Source of the DNA: Gordius albopunctatus
Taxonomy: Eukaryota
DNA: 64,000 bases
Reading direction: 5' to 3'
Assembly (NCBI GenBank): GCA_964276515.1
Contig: OZ193909.1
Coordinates: forward strand, 9,672,001 to 9,736,000
Made by a program: the position numbers and the translations under genes
The notes under the pieces: generated by a model
Seen by the model: only the letters and a program-made list of their open reading frames with translations
Told to the model about the DNA's origin: nothing
Databases searched by the model: none
Shown here: one piece after another, positions 54,101 to 64,000 of the stretch
Layout of the letters: each line of letters opens with the position of its first letter
Numbering within the stretch: the first letter of the stretch is position 1

Positions 54101-56387
54101 ATATTTATTTTCCTATTCTTTCGAAAGGGGGATGAAAGAATCTTTAAAAGTTAGTAAATATTCTTAGCATCATGTCCTTGTTAGAATCCGTATGATAATT
54201 TTTGAACGGAGTGAGGTTTTAGATTGAGAGAAACTAAACTTTTCGTGTTGCGTTTAGATTGTTTCAAAATCGCTTTCTAAGCGTGTCTCTAGTTTTTGAG
54301 AAACAAACTCTATTTGATCGTGATTTAAAGTTAATAATTTTTGAGGACGATCAAAAATTTTTCACTAATTGACCTCTGATATCAAATCTTTCATGACGGC
54401 TATATTGTTGAACAAAAAAATTGAAAAAATTTTGATGTCGAAAAAAATATTTATTTTCCTATTCTTTCGAAAGGGTGATGAAAAAATCTTTAAAATTTAG
54501 AAACTAAACTTTTCGTGTTGCGTTTAGATTGTTTCAAAATCGCTTTCTAAGCGTGTCTCTAGTTTTTGTGAAACAAACTCTATTTGATCGTGATTTAAAG
54601 TTAATAATTTTTGAGGACGATCAAAAATTTTTCACTAATTGACCTCTGATATCAAATCTTTCATGACGGCTATATTGTTGAACAAAAAAATTTCAAAAAA
54701 TTTTGATGTCGAAAAAAATATTTATTTTCCTATTCTTTCGAAAGGGGGATGAAAAAATCTTTAAAATTTAGAAACTAAACTTTTCGGGTTGCGTTTAGAT
54801 TGTTTCAAAATCGCTTTCTAAGCGTGTCTCTAGTTTTTGTGAAACAAACTCTATTTGATCGTGATTTAAAGTTAATAATTTTTGAGGACTGATCAAAAAA
54901 TTTTTCACTAATTGACCTCTGATATCAAAAACTTTCATGACGGCTATATTGTTGAACAAAAAAATTGAAAAATTTTTGAAGTCGAAAAAAATATTTATTT
55001 TCATATTCTATCATAAGGGGGCTGAAAGAATCTTTAAAAGTTAGTAAATATTCTTAGCATCATGTCCTTGTTAGAATCCGTATGATAATTTTTGAACGGA
55101 GTGAGGTTTTAGATTGAGAGAAACTAAACTTTTCGTGTTGCGTTTAGATTGTTTCAAAATCGCTTTCTAAGCGTGTCTCTAGTTTTTGAGAAACAAACTC
55201 TATTTGATCGTGATTTAAAGTTAAAAACTTTTGAGGACTGATCAAAAATTTTTTTCACTAATTGACCTCTGATATCATAAACTTTCATGACGGCTATATT
55301 GTTGAACAAAAAAATTGAAAAAATTTTGATGTCGAAAAAAATTTTTATTTTCATATTCTATCGAAAGGGTGCTGAAAGAATCTTTAAAATTTAGAAACTA
55401 AACTTTTCGTGTTGCGTTTAGATTGTTTCAAAATAGCTTTCTAAGCGTGTCTCTAGTTTTTGCGAAACAAACTCTATGTGATCGTGATTTAAAGTTAATA
55501 ATTTTTGAGGACTGATCAAAAAAATTTTTCACTAATTGACCTCTGATATCAAAAACTTTCATGACGGCTATATTGTTGAACAAAAAAATTGAAAAATTTT
55601 TGAAGTCGAAAAAAATATTTATTTTCATATTCTATCAAAAGGGGGCTGAAAGAATCTTTAAAAGTTAGTAAATATTCTTAGCATCATGTCCTTGTTAGAA
55701 TCCGTATGATAATTTTTGCACGGGGTGAGGTTTTAGATTGAGAGAAACTAAACTTTTCGTGTTGCGTTTAGATTGTTTCAAAATCGCTTTCTAAGCGTGT
55801 CTCTAGTTTTTGAGAAACAAACTCTATTTGATCGTGATTTAAAGTTAATAATTTTTGAGGACGATCAAAAATTTTTCACTAATTGACCTCTGATATCAAA
55901 TCTTTCATGACGGCTATATTGTTGAACAAAAAAATTGAAAAAATTTTGATGTCGAAAAAAATATTTATTTTCCTATTCTTTCGAAAGGGGGATGAAAAAA
56001 TCTTTAAAATTTAGAAACTAAACTTTTCGTGTTGCGTTTAGATTGTTTCAAAATCGCTTTCTAAGCGTGTCTCTAGTTTTTGTGAAACAAACTCTATTTG
56101 ATCGTGATTTAAAGTTAATAATTTTTGAGGACTGATAAAAAATTTTTTCACTAATTGACCTCTGATATCAAAAACTTTCATGACGGCTATATTGTTGAAC
56201 AAAAAAATTGAAAAATTTTTGAAGTCGAAAAAAATATTTATTTTCATATTCTATCAAAAGGGGGCTGAAAGAATCTTTAAAAGTTAGTAAATATTCTTAG
56301 CATCATGTCCTTGTTAGAATCCGTATGATAATTTTTGCACGGGGTGAGGTTTTAGATTGAGAGAAAATAAACTTTTCGTGTTGCGTT

Positions 56388-56457
56388 TAGATTGTTTCAA
56401 AATCGCTTTCTAAGCGTGTCTCTAGATTGTTTCAAAATCGCTTTATAAGCGTGTCTC
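56388..56457. repeat. 35-bp intra-monomer tandem duplication (copy 4 of 5; C>A at 56445)
   Basis: Same junction; second 35-mer reads CTTTATAAGC. Confidence 0.95.
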
Positions 56458-59400
56458 TAGTTTTTGAGAAACAAACTCTATTTGATCGTGATTTAAAGTT
56501 AATAATTTTTGAGGACGATCAAAAATTTTTCACTAATTGACCTCTGATATCAAATCTTTCATGACGGCTATATTGTTGAACAAAAAAATTGAAAAAATTT
56601 TGATGTCGAAAAAAATATTTATTTTCCTATTCTTTCGAAAGGGTGATGAAAAAATCTTTAAAATTTAGAAACTAAACTTTTCGTGTTGCGTTTAGATTGT
56701 TTCAAAATCGCTTTCTAAGCGTGTCTCTAGTTTTTGTGAAACAAACTCTATTTGATCGTGATTTAAAGTTAATAATTTTTGAGGACGATCAAAAATTTTT
56801 CACTAATTGACCTCTGATATCAAATCTTTCATGACGGCTATATTGTTGAACAAAAAAATTGAAAAATTTTTGAAGTCGAAAAAAATATTTATTTTCATAT
56901 TCTATCATAAGGGGGCTGAAAGAATCTTTAAAAGTTAGTAAATATTCTTAGCATCATGTCCTTGTTAGAATCCGTATGATAATTTTTGCACGGGGTGAGG
57001 TTTTAGATTGAGAGAAACTAAACTTTTCGTGTTGCGTTTAGATTGTTTCAAAATCGCTTTCTAAGCGTGTCTCTAGTTTTTGAGAAACAAACTCTATTTG
57101 ATCGTGATTTAAAGTTAATAATTTTTGAGGACGATCAAAAATTTTTCACTAATTGACCTCTGATATCAAATCTTTCATGACGGCTATATTGTTGAACAAA
57201 AAAATTGAAAAAATTTTGATGTCGAAAAAAATATTTATTTTCCTATTCTTTCGAAAGGGGGATGAAAAAATCTTTAAAATTTAGAAACTAAACTTTTCGG
57301 GTTGCGTTTAGATTGTTTCAAAATCGCTTTCTAAGCGTGTCTCTAGTTTTTGCGAAACAAACTCTATGTGATCGTGATTTAAAGTTAATAATTTTTGAGG
57401 ACTGATCAAAAAAAATTTTCACTAATTGACCTCTGATATCAAAAACTTTCATGACGGCTATATTGTTGAACAAAAAAATTGAAAAATTTTTGAAGTCGAA
57501 AAAAATATTTATTTTCATATTCTATCAAAAGGGGGCTGAAAGAATCTTTAAAAGTTAGTAAATATTCTTAGCATCATGTCCTTGTTAGAATCCGTATGAT
57601 AATTTTTGCACGGGGTGAGGTTTTAGATTGAGAGAAACTAAACTTTTCGTGTTGCGTTTAGATTGTTTCAAAATCGCTTTCTAAGCGTGTCTCTAGTTTT
57701 TGTGAAACAAACTCTATTTGATCGTGATTTAAAGTTAATAATTTTTGAGGACTGATCAAAAAAAATTTTCACTAATTGACCTCTGATATCAAAAACTTTC
57801 ATGACGGCTATATTGTTGAACAAAAAAATTGAAAAATTTTTGAAGTCGAAAAAAATATTTATTTTCATATTCTATCAAAAGGGGGCTGAAAGAATCTTTA
57901 AAAGTTAGTAAATATTCTTAGCATCATGTCCTTGTTAGAATCCGTATGATAATTTTTGCACGGGGTGAGGTTTTAGATTGAGAGAAACTAAACTTTTCGT
58001 GTTGCGTTTAGATTGTTTCAAAATCGCTTTCTAAGCGTGTCTCTAGTTTTTGAGAAACAAACTCTATTTGATCGTGATTTAAAGTTAAAAACTTTTGAGG
58101 ACTGATCAAAAATTTTTTTCACTAATTGACCTCTGATATCATAAACTTTCATGACGGCTATATTTTTGAACAAAAAAATTGAAAAAATTTTGATGTCGAA
58201 AAAAATATTTATTTTCATATTCTATCGAAAGGGTGCTGAAAGAATCTTTAAAATTTAGAAACTAAACTTTTCGTGTTGCGTTTAGATTGTTTCAAAATAG
58301 CTTTCTAAGCGTGTCTCTAGTTTTTGCGAAACAAACTCTATGTGATCGTGATTTAAAGTTAATAATTTTTGAGGACTGATCGAAAAAATTTTTTCACTAA
58401 TTGACCTCTGATATCAAAAACTTTCATGACGGCTATATTGTTGAACAAAAAAATTGAAAAATTTTTGAAGTCGAAAAAAATATTTATTTTCATATTCTAT
58501 CAAAAGGGGGCTGAAAGAATCTTTAAAATTTAGTAAATATTCTTAGCATCATGTCCTTGTTAGAATCCGTATGATAATTTTTGCACGGGGTGAGGTTTTA
58601 GATTGAGAGAAACTAAACTTTTCGTGTTGCGTTTAGATTGTTTCAAAATCGCTTTCTAAGCGTGTCTCTAGTTTTTGAGAAACAAACTCTATTTGATCGT
58701 GATTTAAAGTTAATAATTTTTGAGGACGATCAAAAATTTTTCACTAATTGACCTCTGATATCAAATCTTTCATGACGGCTATATTGTTGAACAAAAAAAT
58801 TGAAAAAATTTTGATGTCGAAAAAATATTTATTTTCCTATTCTTTCGAAAGGGTGATGAAAAAATCTTTAAAATTTAGAAACTAAACTTTTCGTGTTGCG
58901 TTTAGATTGTTTCAAAATCGCTTTCTAAGCGTGTCTCTAGTTTTTGTGAAACAAACTCTATTTGATCGTGATTTAAAGTTAATAATTTTTGAGGACTGAT
59001 CAAAAAATTTTTCACTAATTGACCTCTGATATCAAAAACTTTCATGACGGCTATATTGTTGAACAAAAAAATTTCAAAAAATTTTGATGTCGAAAAAAAT
59101 ATTTATTTTCCTATTCTTTCGAAAGGGGTATGAAAAAATCTTTAAAATTTAGAAACTAAACTTTTCGGGTTGCGTTAAGATTGTTTCAAAATCGCTTTCT
59201 AAGCGTGTCTCTAGTTTTTGTGAAAGAAACTCTATTTGATCGTGATTTAAAGTTAATAATTTTTGAGGACTGATCAAAAAATTTTTCACTAATTGACCTC
59301 TGATATCAAAAACTTTCATGACGGCTATATTGTTGAACAAAAAAATTGAAAAATCTTTGATGTCGAAAAAAATATTTATTTTCCTATTCTTTCGAAAGGG

Positions 59401-62210
59401 GGATGAAAAAATCTTTAAAATTAAGAAACTAAACTTTTCGGGTTGCGTTTAGATTGTTTCAAAATCGCTTTCTAAGCGTGTCTCTAGTTTTTGTGAAACA
59501 AACTCTATTTGATCGTGATTTAAAGTTAATAATTTTTGAGGACTGATCAAAAAATTTTTCACTAATTGACCTCTGATATCAAAAACTTTCATGGCTATAT
59601 TGTTGAACAAAAAAATTTCAAAAAATTTTGATGTCGAAAAAAATATTTATTTTCCTATTCTTTCGAAAGGGGGATGAAAAAATCTTTAAAATTTAGAAAC
59701 TAAACTTTTCGGGTTGCGTTTAGATTGTTTCAAAATCGCTTTCTAAGCGTGTCTCTAGTTTTTGTGAAACAAACTCTATTTGATCGTGATTTAAAGTTAA
59801 TAATTTTTGAGGACGATCAAAAATTTTTCACTAATTGACCTCTGATATCAAATCTTTCATGACGGCTATATTGTTGAACAAAAAAATTGAAAAAATTTTG
59901 ATGTCGAAAAAAATATTTATTTTCCTATTCTTTCGAAAGGGGGATGAAAAAATCTTTAAAATTAAGAAACTAAACTTTTCGGGTTGCGTTTAGATTGTTT
60001 CAAAATCGCTTTCTAAGCGTGTCTCTAGTTTTTGTGAAACAAACTCTATTTGATCGTGATATAAAGTTAATAATTTTTGAGGACTGATCAAAAAATTTTT
60101 CACTAATTGACCTCTGATATCAAAAACTTTCATGACGCCTATATTGTTGAACAAAAAAATTGAAAAATTTTTGAAGTCGAAAAAAATATTTATTTTCATA
60201 TTCTATCAAAAGGGGGCTGAAAGAATCTTTAAAAGTTAGTAAATATTCTTAGCATCATGTCCTTGTTAGAATCCGTATGATAATTTTTGCACGGGGTGAG
60301 GTTTTAGATTGAGAGAAACTAAACTTTTCGTGTTGCGTTTAGATTGTTTCAAAATCGCTTTCTAAGCGTGTCTCTAGTTTTTGAGAAACAAACTCTATTT
60401 GATCGTGATTTAAAGTTAAAAACTTTTGAGGACTGATCAAAAATTTTTTTCACTAATTGACCTCTGATATCAAAAACTTTCATGACGGCTATATTGTTGA
60501 ACAAAAAAATTGAAAAATTTTTGAAGTCGAAAAAAATATTTATTTTCCTATTCTTTCGAAAGGGGGATGAAAAAATCTTTAAAAGTTAGAAACTAAACTT
60601 TTCGTGTTGCGTTTAGATTGTTTCAAAATCGCTTTCTAAGCGTGTCTCTAATTTTTGTGAAACAAACTCTATTTGATCGTGATATAAAGTTAATAATTTT
60701 TGAGGACTGATCAAAAAATTTTTCACTAATTGACCTCTGATATCAAAAACTTTCATGACGCCTATATTGTTGAACAAAAAAATTGAAAAAATTTTGATGT
60801 CGAAAAAAATATTTATTTTCATATTCTATCAAAAGGGGGCTGAAAGAATCTTTAAAAGTTAGTAAATATTCTTAGCATCATGTCCTTGTTAGAATCCGTA
60901 TGATAATTTTTGCATGGGGTGAGGTTTTAGATTGAAAGAAACTAAACTTTTCGTGTTGCGTTTAGATTGTTTCAAAATAGCTTTCTAAGCGTGTCTCTAG
61001 TTTTTGCGAAACAAACTCTATGTGATCGTGATTTAAAGTTAATAATTTTTGAGGACTGATCAAAAAAATTTTTCACTAATTGACCTCTGATATCAAAAAC
61101 TTTCATGACGGCTATATTGTTGAACAAAAAAATTGAAAAATTTTTGAAGTCGAAAAAAATATTTATTTTCATATTCTATCAAAAGGGGGCTGAAAGAATC
61201 TTTAAAAGTTAGTAAATATTCTTAGCATCATGTCCTTGTTAGAATCCGTATGATAATTTTTGCATGGGGTGAGGTTTTAGATTGAGAGAAACTAAACTTT
61301 TCGTGTTGCGTTTAGATTGTTTCAAAATCGCTTTCTAAGCGTGTCTCTAGTTTTTGAGAAACAAACTCTATTTGATCGTGATTTAAAGTTAAAAACTTTT
61401 GAGGACTGATCAAAAATTTTTTTCACTAATTGACCTCTGATATCATAAACTTTCATGACGGCTATATTTTTGAACAAAAAAATTGAAAAAATTTTGATGT
61501 CGAAAAAAATATTTATTTTCATATTCTATCGAAAGGGTGCTGAAAGAATCTTTAAAATTTAGAAACTAAACTTTTCGTGTTGCGTTTAGATTGTTTCAAA
61601 ATCGCTTTCTAAGCGTGTCTCTAGTTTTTGAGAAACAAACTCTATTTGATCGTGATTTAAAGTTAAAAACTTTTGAGGACTGATCAAAAATTTTTTTCAC
61701 TAATTGACCTCTGATATCATAAACTTTCATGACGGCTATATTTTTGAACAAAAAAATTGAAAAAATTTTGATGTCGAAAAAAATATTTATTTTCATATTC
61801 TATCGAAAGGGTGCTGAAAGAATCTTTAAAATTTAGAAACTAAACTTTTCGTGTTGCGTTTAGATTGTTTCAAAATAGCTTTCTAAGCGTGTCTCTAGTT
61901 TTTGCGAAACAAACTCTATGTGATCGTGATTTAAAGTTAATAATTTTTGAGGACTGATCAAAAAAATTTTTCACTAATTGACCTCTGATATCAAAAACTT
62001 TCATGACGGCTATATTGTTGAACAAAAAAATTGAAAAATTTTTGAAGTCGAAAAAAATATTTATTTTCATATTCTATCAAAAGGGGGCTGAAAGAATCTT
62101 TAAAAGTTAGTAAATATTCTTAGCATCATGTCCTTGTTAGAATCCGTATGATAATTTTTGCACGGGGTGAGGTTTTAGATTGAGAGAAACTAAACTTTTC
62201 GTGTTGCGTT

Positions 62211-62280
62211 TAGATTGTTTCAAAATCGCTTTCTAAGCGTGTCTCTAGATTGTTTCAAAATCGCTTTCTAAGCGTGTCTC
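62211..62280. repeat. 35-bp intra-monomer tandem duplication (copy 5 of 5)
   Basis: Same duplicated 35-mer and junction. Confidence 0.95.
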
Positions 62281-62490
62281 TAGTTTTTGAGAAACAAACT
62301 CTATTTGATCGTGATTTAAAGTTAATAATTTTTGAGGACGATCAAAAATTTTTCACTAATTGACCTCTGATATCAAATCTTTCATGACGGCTATATTGTT
62401 GAACAAAAAAATTTCAAAAAATTTTGATGTCGAAAAAAATATTTATTTTCCTATTCTTTCGAAAGGGGGATGAAAAAATCTTTAAAATTT

Positions 62491-64000
62491 AGAAACTAAA
62501 CTTTTCGGGTTGCGTTTAGATTGTTTCAAAATCGCTTTCTAAGCGTGTCTCTAGTTTTTGTGAAACAAACTCTATTTGATCGTGATTTAAAGTTAATAAT
62601 TTTTGAGGACGATCAAAAATTTTTCACTAATTGACCTCTGATATCAAATCTTTCATGACGGCTATATTGTTGAACAAAAAAATTGAAAAATTTTTGAAGT
62701 CGAAAAAAATATTTATTTTCATATTCTATCAAAAGGGGGCTGAAAGAATCTTTAAAAGTTAGTAAATATTCTTAGCATCATGTCCTTGTTAGAATCCGTA
62801 TGATAATTTTTGAACGGAGTGAGGTTTTAGATTGAGAGAAACTAAACTTTTCGTGTTGCGTTTAGATTGTTTCAAAATAGCTTTCTAAGCGTGTCTCTAG
62901 TTTTTGAGAAACAAACTCTATTTGATCGTGATTTAAAGTTAATAATTTTTGAGGACGATCAAAAATTTTTCACTAATTGACCTCTGATATCAAATCTTTC
63001 ATGACGGCTATATTGTTGAACAAAAAAATTTCAAAAAATTTTGATGTCGAAAAAAATATTTATTTTCCTATTCTTTCGAAAGGGTGATGAAAAAATCTTT
63101 AAAATTTAGAAACTAAACTTTTCGTGTTGCGTTTAGATTGTTTCAAAATCGCTTTCTAAGCGTGTCTCTAGTTTTTGTGAAACAAACTCTATTTGATCGT
63201 GATTTAAAGTTAATAATTTTTGAGGACGATCAAAAATTTTTCACTAATTGACCTCTGATATCAAATCTTTCATGACGGCTATATTGTTGAACAAAAAAAT
63301 TTCAAAAAATTTTGATGTCGAAAAAAATATTTATTTTCCTATTCTTTCGAAAGGGGGATGAAAAAATCTTTAAAATTTAGAAACTAAACTTTTCGGGTTG
63401 CGTTTAGATTGTTTCAAAATCGCTTTCTAAGCGTGTCTCTAGTTTTTGTGAAACAAACTCTATTTGATCGTGATTTAAAGTTAATAATTTTTGAGGACGA
63501 TCAAAAATTTTTCACTAATTGACCTCTGATATCAAATCTTTCATGACGGCTATATTGTTGAACAAAAAAATTGAAAAATTTTTGAAGTCGAAAAAAATAT
63601 TTATTTTCATATTCTATCAAAAGGGGGCTGAAAGAATCTTTAAAAGTTAGTAAATATTCTTAGCATCATGTCCTTGTTAGAATCCGTATGATAATTTTTG
63701 AACGGAGTGAGGTTTTAGATTGAGAGAAACTAAACTTTTCGTGTTGCGTTTAGATTGTTTCAAAATAGCTTTCTAAGCGTGTCTCTAGTTTTTGAGAAAC
63801 AAACTCTATTTGATCGTGATTTAAAGTTAATAATTTTTGAGGACGATCAAAAATTTTTCACTAATTGACCTCTGATATCAAATCTTTCATGACGGCTATA
63901 TTGTTGAACAAAAAAATTTCAAAAAATTTTGATGTCGAAAAAAATATTTATTTTCCTATTCTTTCGAAAGGGTGATGAAAAAATCTTTAAAATTTAGAAA
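62491..64000. repeat. 3-monomer HOR (L-S-S, 888 bp), at least 1.7 copies, truncated by the window end
   Basis: Anchors 62491, 62837, 63108, 63379, 63725, 63996; 346+271+271=888. The AAAATAGC+GAGAAAC recombinant monomer recurs in register. Confidence 0.85.

Larger units (their letters stand above)
46430..56860. repeat. HOR-like repeat with offsets 4651 and 5272 bp (4651 plus one 621-bp S-L dimer)
   Basis: ORFs 47050/47400 recur at +4651; 48025/49523/49882/50156/50766 recur at +5272. Rare alleles ACTGATAAAAAA (~50861/56133) and GAGAAAATAAAC (~51091/56363) are shared. Confidence 0.88.
1..64000. repeat. AT-rich tandem satellite array with interspersed ~350-bp (L) and ~274-bp (S) monomers, all in one orientation; runs off both window ends
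   Basis: The anchor AGAAACTAAACTTTTCG(T/G)GTTGCGTTTAGATTGTTTCAAAAT recurs throughout (38, 312, 662 ... 63996) at spacings of ~270-275 or ~346-351 bp, with no unique sequence between copies. Confidence 0.99.

Noticed and set aside
73..62070. About 80 near-identical 63-95 aa minus-strand ORFs (MKINIFFDF...) as a tandem small-protein gene family
   Set aside because: They are translations of the satellite. The ATG depends on the TTTTCATA/TTTTCCTA polymorphism and the C-terminus flips frame with a 1-bp change in the AnTm tract. Most monomers lack the ORF, the composition (F/K/I/N-rich) mirrors A/T tracts, and no domain is recognisable.
1..64000. CRISPR array, or repeat-plus-variable-cassette system (integron, diversity-generating element, phase-variable locus)
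   Set aside because: There are no unique spacers or cassettes. The entire unit is repeated, and no cas, integrase, recombinase or reverse-transcriptase ORF is present.
1..64000. Whole HOR structure as an assembly artefact
   Set aside because: Several duplicated blocks differ by private SNPs (5725, 18613, 41581, 51274, 56445) and by whole-monomer indels, which favours real duplications. It cannot be fully excluded without reads.
1..64000. L/S order as a functional binary code
   Set aside because: The order is adequately explained by nested duplications and unequal exchange; nothing in the sequence supports a readout mechanism.

Overview
The whole 64-kb window is one uninterrupted, head-to-tail, AT-rich tandem satellite array (about 29% GC by hand count of bases 1-300), most likely eukaryotic centromeric or pericentromeric heterochromatin. 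It contains roughly 200 monomers of one family in two length classes: long (L, ~346-351 bp) and short (S, ~270-275 bp). The two classes differ by presence or absence of one 76-bp segment. I see no gene, RNA gene, transposon, CRISPR array or orientation switch; all listed ORFs are by-products of the repeat. The interest lies in the array's architecture. It has nested, locally confined higher-order repeats or block duplications (695, 888, 1238, 1315, 2289, 4651/5272, 5303, 5600, 8113 and 13862 bp), an 18-monomer HOR with a mappable unequal-exchange junction, and a 35-bp microhomology-type duplication propagated to five sites. It also shows variant domains along the array and hints of older ~35-bp and ~175-bp sub-periods. 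I cannot identify the organism or satellite family, and I find no support for a new protein-coding system.
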